Positions 1-10,040 of a stretch of 64,000 nt of DNA are shown in pieces (position 1 is the first letter of the stretch; the number at the start of each line of letters is the position of its first letter). The translations under genes and the position numbers were made by a program. Under the pieces are notes generated by a model, which was not told the origin of the DNA, searched no databases, and saw only the letters and a program-made list of their open reading frames with translations. The stretch lies in the IMG/VR virus record IMGVR_UViG_3300028536_000014, positions 62,001 through 126,000 of that record. One strand, given 5' to 3'.

Positions 1-414
1 GACGTAGCTAATAATACCACTCGGTAATACAATACTTGCACCACCATTATCTACTGTGTCATATACTTGTGAGATAATACCATGTAAACCACCGAGTGTT
101 GAGCGCTCGAAAAATTTCCTAGTATTAGCACCGCTATTAACCGTAGAAGTATTCATACTAGAAGGAGATAATGCAAGCGAATTGATATCTCCACTACCTA
201 CGAGAGATTTCGCTTGATTCCACGCAATATTTGGAATTGAATTTGATCCAGATGGAATTCCACTAAGTGGATTTGCCCAATGGTTCAATTCGACTAAAGC
301 AATACCACCTTGTTGTGGTAATATAAGATCGTAATCATCCCGCCACGGAAGAGTTGAATCAGGATCAACAGTGGAGGGAATCTTGATTCTAAGGCCGGTA
401 ATGATAGCAGTCAT
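1..414 (-). CDS. Hypothetical protein, partial (runs off the window start); possibly virion/tail-associated
   Basis: ATG at 414 opens a frame (MTAIITGLRIKIPSTVDPDS...) with no stop to base 1; follows the tail-fibre-like gene. Confidence 0.6.
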   Translation of the reverse strand, partial: MTAIITGLRIKIPSTVDPDSTLPWRDDYDLILPQQGGIALVELNHWANPLSGIPSGSNSIPNIAWNQAKSLVGSGDINSLALSPSSMNTSTVNSGANTRKFFERSTLGGLHGIISQVYDTVDNGGASIVLPSGIISYV

Positions 415-428
415 TGTTTCAATCCTAG

Positions 429-3098
429 TTAAAAGAGAGCGGGCAACGACTGCCCACTGTCGGTAGTTGCCCAGCCAAGTGTACGAATTTGGTTATAGAT
501 ACGAAGAGCGATAAATTTATCACCGAAGCTATTTGGATGTTCGAAATCATTATTAGCGTGGTCTCGCATTCCACTAGGAATTTGTCCATTAGCAAGATCA
601 ATCGCATCGGTACTTCCATTGCTGTACGCACCATAATTATCCGGAACAAAACCTATGTAAGCCATCTCAGCTGTTGTAGGTGGTGAGTTATTGACCTCAA
701 CATAAGTCAACGGACCCTGCGCTTGAATAGCTGTATTGATTGTTATCTGAGCAGCGTGATCGGTCATATTACCGGCGATGCTAATAATCGATACTCGTAA
801 CTGTTTCTGATTGTACGATTTAATATAAGCTTTACCCAATGTTAAATCTGTAGTGATAGCGGTTTGATTAGGACCATTACGACCCCATAGACAGATTTGT
901 ACAAAAGTCTGAAGAGATACACCGATATCGGTAACAAATGCTGCACCACCAGACGGTATTGTTACCGTACTTGTTGGCCCAGTAGATGGGGTAAATGTCA
1001 TACCTGTAGGTTGACCATTACCATCATAACCGGTAGCGTTTAATGTACCATGAACAGAAGTAGAAACTCCACCTACTGTACCCGTAACGGTACCTGTTAC
1101 AGTTCCAATGTTACCAGAAGTCTGATTGGTGATAAGACCAACTGTGAACCCAACAGCTAATGCTGAAGTACTTCCAGACGGGATTTGATTACTTGGAAAT
1201 GTTAACAAAGTAGGATTACCACCTTGTAATGCTACAATCTGATCAGCGGTATAACCACCAACTCCATACCGACTTGTTGTATATTTGGTTGCACCACCCG
1301 CTGCCAAAAATGTACCAAGTTGTGCCATATATGTTGTGCCAGCTGGATGCGAACTATAAGTTTCGCTATCACCAATACCAACAAAAGTACTATCAGCATT
1401 AACAGGCCATAGTTGTGTACTGGTCCCATCTGCTTTACAATACATCTCACGTCCGTCTCCATCACTCCAAAATAAGACATTATTGTTATTGTCTAATTCT
1501 GGATTACGATAAGGAGATGAACCGGAAGTTAATTGCAAACTCTGAGATGTGGTTTTGTTAAATGAATGGATTTGCAGAATTCCATTAACATCGTATCGAG
1601 ACTGTACTGTAAATGAATTATTAGCACTTGCACTACCACCTCCACCAAATCGAGTGGAAAGGTTGACTGTGGGTAAATCAGCCATTTTAGCATCACTCGG
1701 TATCATCATCCGAGATGGAGAAAACCCATTGGCTTTATCCCATTCAAATAACAACCGATTAGCCCAAGTAGCACTTAGAACCCCAGTACCATCAAACTGT
1801 TGCCCTACACCAATCAGCATAGAACTAATAATAGATGACAACAATCGCGATGTAATAGCTGATGTAACATCATCATCTATTGTTGTATTTGCTGGTAATG
1901 TTGCTTTTCGTGGATAAAATCCATTCGTGGGATCTATTGTTGCATAAAGTCGATTACTAATTAAGATATCGAGTTCTGTTCCTGGTGCGTTATATAAATT
2001 CAGTTGGTTGAAAAACCCACCAATGGCATCACTAAAGATACGTGATACAAGTGTAATAGCAGATTGATCATCCATTGTGGTATTGCTAGCAGATAATATC
2101 GCTTTATAGAGTTGGACTCCAGCGGTTGTTACTTCTGCATAGAGTCTATTACCAATTATAACTTGAAAAGAACCAGAACTTAAATAGTCGTTAAGTGCTA
2201 TAAGAGTTTTAGCCAACGGATCAAGTACGTTATGAATGATTGTATCTGCAGTAGCTCGAGCTGCTGCTTCAGCAATAGTACCTGTGGATTGTCCTGCAAA
2301 TGTAATTGCTGTCGTACCTATTGTAATTGAACCAGATGCTTGTTGACATAAATAAGTCCAACCCGTATTATTGGTTCCATCTGTTATCTGCAAACAAGCG
2401 TTACCAAGCCCGTTTGCATTATTCTCAGTACTGCGACGAGTCAATACTGCTGCAACACCTGTAGCTCCAGCGGTAGTGCAGTGATAGACACCGTTTTTAA
2501 ATTGATTTGGAGATGGTTCGTCTTTTACAACAACATCATCACTTAGTGCGACTGTCTTACCATCTACAGTCAACACACCTGTTGCTGTAACTGTTATGAT
2601 ACCAGACGAATAAGTATTGGTTGGTAATACACCATTTGTAGCAAGTCTTGCCGATGGTCTATTAGTCTCAAAAGTTGCAACAGTTTGAGCAGTATTGGCA
2701 TATGTAGCTGCATCTGTTACTGAGTTACTAATACTAGCTAATGCAGATGCAATCGTATCTAAATTTCCCTTCATGGTAACGGGTTTAGGTACGATAGAAC
2801 TAACAGCGGTCAATTTAACTTCACCATCGGTCCAAGAACTCGAACTCACTAAAATGAATTGGAATCCAACAACATCGACGAAGACGTCAGTATTAGTACC
2901 ATTTTCTAAAATAATAATGTTTCCATTTACATCGTAAAGAGTAAGTGGATATCCTTGACCAGTTTGTGCGATATAACCTTCAATGATAAGATTGGCATTA
3001 TAAACACCACCAATATTTAAACCAATACAAGCAGTACCTTCTGAAATAGGTATTCTGAGATAATCGGATGAATTAACAAGCTTCTTTCTAAAGAGCAT
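429..3098 (-). CDS. Tail fibre/spike-like protein with C-terminal SGNH(GDSL)-like hydrolase domain
   Basis: 889 aa, G/T/S-rich; fibre motif RLATNG..TVDG..LSDDVVVKD...NGVY...TR; SGNH-like blocks FVGIGDS, WGRNG and DFEHPN. Confidence 0.65.
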   Translation of the reverse strand: MLFRKKLVNSSDYLRIPISEGTACIGLNIGGVYNANLIIEGYIAQTGQGYPLTLYDVNGNIIILENGTNTDVFVDVVGFQFILVSSSSWTDGEVKLTAVSSIVPKPVTMKGNLDTIASALASISNSVTDAATYANTAQTVATFETNRPSARLATNGVLPTNTYSSGIITVTATGVLTVDGKTVALSDDVVVKDEPSPNQFKNGVYHCTTAGATGVAAVLTRRSTENNANGLGNACLQITDGTNNTGWTYLCQQASGSITIGTTAITFAGQSTGTIAEAAARATADTIIHNVLDPLAKTLIALNDYLSSGSFQVIIGNRLYAEVTTAGVQLYKAILSASNTTMDDQSAITLVSRIFSDAIGGFFNQLNLYNAPGTELDILISNRLYATIDPTNGFYPRKATLPANTTIDDDVTSAITSRLLSSIISSMLIGVGQQFDGTGVLSATWANRLLFEWDKANGFSPSRMMIPSDAKMADLPTVNLSTRFGGGGSASANNSFTVQSRYDVNGILQIHSFNKTTSQSLQLTSGSSPYRNPELDNNNNVLFWSDGDGREMYCKADGTSTQLWPVNADSTFVGIGDSETYSSHPAGTTYMAQLGTFLAAGGATKYTTSRYGVGGYTADQIVALQGGNPTLLTFPSNQIPSGSTSALAVGFTVGLITNQTSGNIGTVTGTVTGTVGGVSTSVHGTLNATGYDGNGQPTGMTFTPSTGPTSTVTIPSGGAAFVTDIGVSLQTFVQICLWGRNGPNQTAITTDLTLGKAYIKSYNQKQLRVSIISIAGNMTDHAAQITINTAIQAQGPLTYVEVNNSPPTTAEMAYIGFVPDNYGAYSNGSTDAIDLANGQIPSGMRDHANNDFEHPNSFGDKFIALRIYNQIRTLGWATTDSGQSLPALF

Positions 3099-3446
3099 TT
3101 AATTTCTCGTTTGGTTCGATATAACTGCTATTAGTTTTACACTACCGCTCGTCCAACTCGCTGGTAAGATATTCACAAATTGAAGACCACCAACATCAAA
3201 AAAGACATCTTTCTGATCTCCAGCATTTAACACACTAGTGTTATTGTTTTCATCAAAAAGTTCAAGGTCATAACCAGTTCCAGTTGCGGCTACATAACCT
3301 TTGATTGTGAGTAGACCAGAATAAGTACCTGAAATATTCAGGCTAACTGATCCGGTATTCATTCCCACCGGTATTTTGAAAAAATCATTTGCATGGGAAA
3401 TCGTCTTACTCGTAGCCATTATCACACCCGTTTTATTTTTAATCAA
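3099..3446 (-). CDS. Small paralogue of the N-terminal domain of the 889-aa fibre protein
   Basis: Aligns by eye with the first ~100 aa of 429-3098 (IP..G...LNI.G.Y...L.I.GY.A.TG.GY.L.L.D...DVF.DV.G.QF...SWT.G.VKL.AV). Confidence 0.7.
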   Translation of the reverse strand: MIKNKTGVIMATSKTISHANDFFKIPVGMNTGSVSLNISGTYSGLLTIKGYVAATGTGYDLELFDENNNTSVLNAGDQKDVFFDVGGLQFVNILPASWTSGSVKLIAVISNQTRN

Positions 3447-3492
3447 GGTCCATTAGATTTAACAAAAGAGGTCTCAATACACAAACATATAA

Positions 3493-3528
3493 ATACACAT
3501 CCGACGCTTAACTGCGTCGGATGTGTAT
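3493..3528 (-). terminator. Intrinsic terminator-like hairpin
   Basis: 15-bp inverted repeat atacacatccgacgc/gcgtcggatgtgtat between ORFs. Confidence 0.6.
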
Positions 3529-3542
3529 CATAAATTCGTTAT

Positions 3543-4559
3543 TTAAATGATCAAACTATCTTCGTCACGTGTTACAAAGTATTCCAGAATACCCGTTCGT
3601 AATGTCGGATTTGCATCTGTGAATTCAATCAACCCATCTTCTCGATAATAGATATCTCGAGAAACCACATATTCAGCATCAATCAAATAACTGTTTCGAG
3701 TACGATAACCTCGAGCAGAACGACGACCGTGCCAATAATGCAAAATAAGTCCGGGAACATAACTCACTTGACCACCGACTTTTTCCAGTGCGTTAGCTTG
3801 CCAAGCATAGAGTTTTTCCTGATATTCAGGAAGTGCTTCTTCTGCCGGAATTACGATCTTACTACCTTTCTTTTCAAGTTCTTTAAAGATCGAATCTCCT
3901 AAATATCCGAAGAATGAACTGGCCATAAAAAAGTCTGCGCTTCCAAGAATAGGGAAGTCAGGAATACCACCCATGAGATCATACGCTTCACGAGTAAATG
4001 CCCACGCAAATCCTGGTGCTCCAACACTACCGTAAGATTTGCCAGGCACATACATGCCATTCAGAACCCTGTAGGTAAAGCTAGGTCCCTTAGTAGGTGT
4101 ACATGAACAATCAGGTAACAGATCTTGTACTTCTGAGAAAGTCTGAACAACTGGGAATTGTTTTAACTTCTCGATGATTTTGGTTGCAAAATTAGGATCG
4201 GCATAAATGATATCAGCATCTGTAGGAGAGAGATATTTACATCCTTTTGGAAGTCGTTTGATAACCATGTTAATTAAATTTTCTTTATGCCAAAGAATGT
4301 CGTTAGTACGGAATTGGAAATGATAAGGATTATCAGATTGCGTAATTGCAAATTCTTGATCACCTATTGCAAGTTCTGCTGTCCATAATACAACATTGAT
4401 TGCGTTCTTCATATATCGCTCAAATTGTCGATATAATTGATAACGCGATTTGAAATTTAAAGGATTAGAGATAACAGCAATCACGTGCAGTTTATCGTGA
4501 CTCATGAATAGTTCCCGGATAATAAACGAGTTGGAGGAGATAGTTTGCAGCCATAACAT
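3543..4559 (-). CDS. Glycosyltransferase, GT-A/GT2-like
   Basis: DAD (DxD) motif, WHKENLIN, GFAWAFTREAY..MGG, LHYWHG. Confidence 0.6.
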   Translation of the reverse strand: MLWLQTISSNSFIIRELFMSHDKLHVIAVISNPLNFKSRYQLYRQFERYMKNAINVVLWTAELAIGDQEFAITQSDNPYHFQFRTNDILWHKENLINMVIKRLPKGCKYLSPTDADIIYADPNFATKIIEKLKQFPVVQTFSEVQDLLPDCSCTPTKGPSFTYRVLNGMYVPGKSYGSVGAPGFAWAFTREAYDLMGGIPDFPILGSADFFMASSFFGYLGDSIFKELEKKGSKIVIPAEEALPEYQEKLYAWQANALEKVGGQVSYVPGLILHYWHGRRSARGYRTRNSYLIDAEYVVSRDIYYREDGLIEFTDANPTLRTGILEYFVTRDEDSLII

Positions 4560-4641
4560 TTTACCCCCAATATAAAAAGATTACAAAATTTATAGATCAC
4601 ATCCACAGACCTTTTATTGAGGTCTGTGGATGTGATCTGAA

Positions 4642-4908
4642 TTATAGAATAACTTTATGAGATTTCTGTAAAATGACATACCAATGATCTTCCGATAATT
4701 CATTGTTGACGTATGCCATATATAGAGAATTAGAACATTGTCCGCAAGATCCTCCACATAAAGAACAAACAACCTCATTACCTTTCCATTTATAATCATT
4801 ACGAAGATGTACTTCTAAATCAACACCACCGTATTTAACGATAGCGGGTTTAATCTTATTTTGTTGTAAAATTGACACATATTTATTCTGTATAACCGTT
4901 TGTGTCAA
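4642..4908 (-). CDS. Hypothetical protein, Cys cluster (CxxCxxxCxxC)
   Basis: 88-aa ORF on the coding strand. Confidence 0.45.
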   Translation of the reverse strand: MTQTVIQNKYVSILQQNKIKPAIVKYGGVDLEVHLRNDYKWKGNEVVCSLCGGSCGQCSNSLYMAYVNNELSEDHWYVILQKSHKVIL

Positions 4909-5021
4909 TTTATTTCTAAGTAGTTTTTTCTTCCATTCAACTAGTGTGGTAAAAATACCATCTGTTATTGATGTTTCATTTATCGCGGCATCTCACTGGT
5001 GATACTGAATAAGTTCTGTCC

Positions 5022-5146
5022 TGACTCTTATTCAATATCATTGTAAGTTCCTGCTTCGCAGAGAGCGCTTTCATGATGACAAGACTGACCTCTCTCCACA
5101 GGCTTCAACATTCGGCGTGCCTCGCCGTAGTGTGAAACTATAACAC
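5022..5146 (-). ncRNA. Putative TnpB omega/reRNA scaffold (IS right end)
   Basis: Downstream of tnpB: GAAGCCTGTGGAG...GAAGCAGGAA, then a small hairpin ending GTCA, typical of IS200/IS605 right ends. Confidence 0.6.
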
Positions 5147-6358
5147 TTAGCGTTTGTTATTCGCTAAGAGCACGATACCTTTCGGTTCGTTCGCATTGTG
5201 ATAGGCTATCGCCGCTTCATCTCGGATGTTTATAGCAGCATTAACATCTCGATCATGGGTTTGATGACAGTGAGGACAGGTCCAAGTTCTTTCTGACAAC
5301 TTTAACTTACGATCAAGACGTTGTTGACAACTGCTACAAATATGACTTGAAGGGTAATAAGCATCCATAACGACTACAGAACAATGTCCAGATTCCTGGG
5401 CTTTATAGATCACGAAGGTCTTAAAGGTAGACCACGCTGCGTCTGAGATGTGTTTCGCTAATCGATAGTTTTTGACCATATTACTAGGCACAAGCGCTTC
5501 GAGTCCGATGACTTGGTTTTCGTCGACGAGGATTCGAGAGAGTTTGTGTAGATGGTCTTGACGTGCGTTAGCGATATGTTGGTGTATGGTAGAGACTTTA
5601 AGACAGGCTTTCTTGCGGTTATGGCTACCTTTGACTTTACGAGCTAAGGATTGTTGAGCCCGTTTAAGCTTTAAAGCGTATTTTTTAGTATGATGAGGGT
5701 TATCGATCTTGGTACCGTCTGAGAAAGTAAATAGAGACGTTAGACCTGCATCGATACCCGTAATTTTAGTACCTTTAGTAATATTAAATTCGTATTCACA
5801 AATAAAACAAACATAATACTTACCACTAGCTCTTTTAATTATAGTTAAAGAAGAAGGAGCTGATGGAAGTTCACGGTGCCATTCAATTTTAATAGGGTTA
5901 TCACATTTCGCTATGGTGAATTGACCATTTCTTATTTGAAAACCATCTCTCATTAAAGAGAATGTTTGTCGACCTTCTTTCTTTTTAAACCTAGGATACC
6001 CAATCCTCCGTCGGAAGAAATTAGAATAGGCTGTACCAAGATGTAACATCTCTTGCTGAAGGGCTGTAGCGATAGCTTCTTTTAACCATTCACAAATTGG
6101 GTCTGCTTTATAAATAGGAAGTCGTTTAACAAAATCATACCCGGTGGAGATAGGACGAGAAAGGTTAATAACCCCTTGTTCTTTTAAAGCTAGCCAGTTT
6201 TCATATTCTAGTTTAGCTTCTGATAATCCTCGATTAAAGACATATCGACAACATCCGAAGTTCTTAGCCAAGAATTCTTTCTGACTATCTGTAGGATATA
6301 TCCGAAAACAATAACCTTTTTTCATAATTGACGATATCCAATGTACTTCTACATACAA
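5147..6358 (-). mobile_element. tnpB: IS200/IS605-family RNA-guided endonuclease TnpB, no tnpA nearby
   Basis: N-terminal HTH (YCFRIYPT..Q...FGCCRYVFN), RuvC residues GIDAG, GLEAL and DRDVNAAINI, zinc finger CSSC...CPHC. Confidence 0.92.
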
Positions 6359-6532
6359 TATAGATACCAGTGAGATATAATTTTAGTGGTGCACTACGAT
6401 ACTCCGGAGTCCCATCCATATCGGTGGGTCGTCAGACGCACACGCGCAACGTCATGCTGTGTTTCCGTGTCTGACTAATGGAACTTCAGGTGATGTAAAA
6501 ACACTCATTATTGTATTCATTTGATTTTAGTC

Positions 6533-7135
6533 CTAAACATGTAGAATCGAATCCTCATTCTTTATAGACGTAATCGTATTAACACGTCTAAATTTTAGAC
6601 TGTAATGATTAAATCGACCATTAAGAATCATGTTGATTAAATCATAAATCCTATTATCATTACGATTAATAATATCGCCATTCTTATCAGTGATATCTTT
6701 TACATAAAAAGAATATCCATGAACTGTTGAATGACCATTATCAATACGAATACTACCACTCATCATCACGTGACAATTCAGTTTTAGATCTTCTTTGACA
6801 ATTTGGTTAAGTGTTCCAGATAGAGGTTCACCAACAGCTGTAAGCGTATTCTTATCGATAAGAATAGAACTGTAATTAGCATTCAAACTCAATCGCATAA
6901 ATTCAGATGAATTTTTCAATACGAATTTGAACTGTGGTAGATTCTCAGTTTGAAACCACAATATTTGATTATCGATTTTCATCGAGAACTGATAAAGTTG
7001 AATATCGGGATGAAGTCTATCAGTACGACTTACACTGCCGTCTTCAATAGCTTCATTTGTCAAAGTGATATCGAGAACATCTCGCATATCGTCAAACGGT
7101 AAAATGATCTTGTAGATTTTACTTTCGTCAGTCAT
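6533..7135 (-). CDS. Hypothetical protein
   Basis: 200-aa ORF. Confidence 0.55.
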   Translation of the reverse strand: MTDESKIYKIILPFDDMRDVLDITLTNEAIEDGSVSRTDRLHPDIQLYQFSMKIDNQILWFQTENLPQFKFVLKNSSEFMRLSLNANYSSILIDKNTLTAVGEPLSGTLNQIVKEDLKLNCHVMMSGSIRIDNGHSTVHGYSFYVKDITDKNGDIINRNDNRIYDLINMILNGRFNHYSLKFRRVNTITSIKNEDSILHV

Positions 7136-7147
7136 ACATTACTTTAT

Positions 7148-7654
7148 TTATTCAGGAATAAAGCGGGGTGGTTGTTTTTCTGATATACCGTCTGATGCTG
7201 TTGACCAACCATGATACCACATAAAAGCACAGAAGTTAGCAACATCAATAGGATCACCTTTTTCCATATGGTGACGAAGTTGTTCTCGATAGAGTTGTTC
7301 TCGATCAGGATTCATCCAACCTTCAGCAGGTTCTTTTCTACCTTCATACTCAACTTGAGCTTTATAAAGTTTCTTGGCCATAACAGCTGAAAACTGTAGA
7401 ACTAACTCCATAGTTTCTGAATTTAGTCCTATAGGAATTTCAACATGTCCAATGAGTCGGACAAGCTTATCTGTTCGATTGGTAAAAGTAACATCTTCAG
7501 GCCATTTTACAACAGATGACAATCTAGATGTATTTTCAACAAGACCTACAATCGGTGAAAAATCTACTATAGAAAGATCTCCTTGTACAAGTCTATCATC
7601 ATCCACATTTGTATGGTCATTTAGTTGTGATTCTGATTTTTCCGTTTCCGACAT
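7148..7654 (-). CDS. Hypothetical phage protein with KGDPxDVANF motif (MazG-like helical fold possible)
   Basis: LRHHMEKGDPIDVANFCAFMWY, a motif recurrent in phage proteins. Confidence 0.5.
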   Translation of the reverse strand: MSETEKSESQLNDHTNVDDDRLVQGDLSIVDFSPIVGLVENTSRLSSVVKWPEDVTFTNRTDKLVRLIGHVEIPIGLNSETMELVLQFSAVMAKKLYKAQVEYEGRKEPAEGWMNPDREQLYREQLRHHMEKGDPIDVANFCAFMWYHGWSTASDGISEKQPPRFIPE

Positions 7655-7865
7655 GTTGGGTCTCGCAAGTTTGATTCAAACCACGTCTATGACCCATTGG
7701 GTCCTTGGTATCATAAGGAACAGCAAAAGGACACCATGTACTTCCGTGATGAATCCCATTACAGTTGGTACAATACGGTGTCGAAGGAACGTAATCTTTT
7801 ACTTCTTCTGCCTTAAGCCAACGACCCATTGATATCCCCTGATTGAGTAAAAATAAATAAATCAA
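7617..7865 (-). CDS. Hypothetical Cys/His-containing protein
   Basis: CTNC...H...WC. Confidence 0.4.
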   Translation of the reverse strand: MIYLFLLNQGISMGRWLKAEEVKDYVPSTPYCTNCNGIHHGSTWCPFAVPYDTKDPMGHRRGLNQTCETQHVGNGKIRITTK

Positions 7866-7911
7866 TATGTTACATCAAAAAATAAACGGCTAAACAAAAA
7901 AAAATAAGGAA

Positions 7912-7939
7912 TGTGAGCAAGGAATTAACCTTGCTCACA
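7912..7939 (-). terminator. Intrinsic terminator
   Basis: 11-bp hairpin followed by a T tract on the minus strand. Confidence 0.6.
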
Positions 7940-7955
7940 GTTCCAAAATTTATTA

Positions 7956-8156
7956 TCAACGACGGATCAGTACTCCTCCAGCAGATCGGATATCACGGAC
8001 ACCTTTCCAAGTTGTATCCTTCTTGTTATTAGAACTGGGTGCAGATTGATCAGAAGCACGATTGGTATGCCCCTGACATTGACACGCTTGTGATTTGGGC
8101 TGAAGCACACCACAAGTGCACTCTTTTGGCCATCCAAAACAAGTTGTACAAAACAT
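7956..8156 (-). CDS. Hypothetical Cys-rich small protein
   Basis: 66-aa ORF preceded by AGGAG. Confidence 0.4.
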   Translation of the reverse strand: MFCTTCFGWPKECTCGVLQPKSQACQCQGHTNRASDQSAPSSNNKKDTTWKGVRDIRSAGGVLIRR

Positions 8157-8219
8157 AAACTTTCTCCTTAAAACATATAAAAACCACAGATAAGGAAGTC
8201 CTTATCTGTGGTCGATGGA

Positions 8220-8669
8220 TTACACAACGAACTTCAGGTAATCCCAGAGTGCCTGAGCCTTCTCAGACTTTCCAAGACTCTTCAGATGTTGGTAAGCTTC
8301 CGGGTGATCGAACAACCACTGATTGATTCTTGCGAACTCATCAGCATTTCGCCTGATCTGAACATCCACATTCAGTTTCCGGAATACACTAACACCAGGG
8401 ATACCATCGTATCCTTCACCGGAACCAAGAATGACGAAACCATTCTTGATCAACCAATTACAAACATCTTCGTCTTTTTGAACGAAGAAATCGTAATCAG
8501 AGTTCAGTTTCGCATCACCGAAGTAACGCGAACCGGTTAAGGTGAAAACGAATGAAGCCGTTTTCAACAACTGGATAGGGGAACGAACATCACCCAAGTC
8601 TCTGGGTTTCGTGATGTACTTCAGCATGACAATCTCCTGTTGCGGGTGGGAACTGCACAAGTACAGCAA
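8220..8669 (-). CDS. Pol-beta-superfamily nucleotidyltransferase-like protein
   Basis: LTGSRYFG.....SDYDFFV (GS...DxD) and a later VDVQI. Confidence 0.55.
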   Translation of the reverse strand: MLYLCSSHPQQEIVMLKYITKPRDLGDVRSPIQLLKTASFVFTLTGSRYFGDAKLNSDYDFFVQKDEDVCNWLIKNGFVILGSGEGYDGIPGVSVFRKLNVDVQIRRNADEFARINQWLFDHPEAYQHLKSLGKSEKAQALWDYLKFVV

Positions 8670-8923
8670 TTTATATATTTACAATAACCCACGAAACAGA
8701 ACATCATCAAGCAGTAGTTTGTATTGACGCCTTCTCAGAACAGATAACTAGAATACCGTTTCTGAAAAGGACTTTCATTCTACAACCAATATTTTGTTTA
8801 TCTAGTATAGCTCACGACCGAGTGGCGAATCGTGAACATTTCTTTGTCAGCCACCGTTCACAGATATTCGAAAAGCCACACCAAGGCTCTCTGCGTAACG
8901 AGTGTTCTTTCTAAAAACATAAC

Positions 8924-8999
8924 TGGTGGACCGTGATGGACTCGAACCATCGACCGACGGATTAAAAGTCCGCTACTCTACCAACTGAGTTAACGGTCC
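8924..8999 (-). tRNA. tRNA-Lys(UUU)
   Basis: Canonical cloverleaf, anticodon loop CTTTTAA, TTCGAGT T-loop, encoded CCA. Confidence 0.95.
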
Positions 9000-9057
9000 A
9001 TATACGACAAACATTTGTATAACCTTTGTATCCAAGAAAATCAAAACATTATGAGTA

Positions 9058-9131
9058 TGGGCGCGGTGAGATTCGAACTCACTATTTACCGATTATGAGT
9101 CGGGACCTTATACCTAATTAGGATCACGCCC
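9058..9131 (-). tRNA. tRNA-CAU (Ile2-like or elongator Met)
   Basis: Cloverleaf with CGA-CTCATAA-TCG arm resembling Ile2 tRNAs; CCA not encoded. Confidence 0.85.
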
Positions 9132-9234
9132 ATTGTCGAAACGATTCATGCTTTTCTCTTGAGTAATTATACAAACTTTATACTCAAGAAAACTCTATCA
9201 AGATATAATTAATGAGAGTTTTCTTGAATACTGA

Positions 9235-10030
9235 GCGACAGAAAATCTGATCTTCTCCTCCAAATTACGGCACGACCACTACTCACCTCGGCCGAAGTGA
9301 AGGTGTGGTTCATCCGATTGTTGAAAGAGAAGATCGGGTCGGTTCCTCCTCACTTATGATTTTGATCCCAATCAGCAATACATCTTCCGTTAGACGGACG
9401 ACATACTGATTTACTGACAGAGTATCTCACTAAGAATATTGGATTCTTCTAACAGGACTGTAAAGACAATCCATGGTTTTTTACAACGGTGATCGTTCGC
9501 CACAGCTGTTAACAAAGTTAAATTCGCTGCCGACCTTTGGCATTTTCTGGCAAAGCCAGAGCCCCTGTACCGGATGTTCATTTACCAAGTTACCAGGCTG
9601 AATCTGATCAGGGAACCATCAGCTGAATGGCTATTGATCAGACTATGAGAACTCATTAAACAAACTGTTGGCATACTAGTCTAATCCAACATAACGATAA
9701 TAGGGCTAAATACAAACGATTGCTCGGAGCATGTGGATCTCCACTGATGTTGTCGGGCATGACCACCGAATGCATTCGGCTAAGTCTTGGGATCGTGGAT
9801 TCGTACACTTACTGCTACCACTCAGTTGGCGCAAGTTTTAGTGCACTTACCACACCGTAAAGTACAACTCGAGGTACCGCTACAGGCATCGCCTGCAGAC
9901 CCGTAGGTCTGCAGGCGATCCGACGTCTACAAGACCGAACAAGAGATCTCGTAGTTTTTAACCCTAATCCCCACACATTGTAGAAAGTAATGCGCCGGGA
10001 AAAGGGAATATTAGATAGCCGAGTTATCGA
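9235..10030 (-). ncRNA. Candidate large structured ncRNA of unknown class (~0.8 kb)
   Basis: No ORF of 60 aa or more; 14-bp stem with cUACGg loop (9888-9919) and a cUUCGg loop (~9290) read on the minus strand; long hairpin at 9180-9232. Confidence 0.5.
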
Positions 10031-10040
10031 CTCTCCTTAA

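Noticed and set aside
6425-6475. Possible permuted hammerhead (GAAAC...CTGACGA)
   Set aside because: No stem I, and G at the cleavage position
9235-10030. tmRNA, RNase P or group II intron
   Set aside because: No tRNA-like ends, no GAGGAAAGTCC, no domain V
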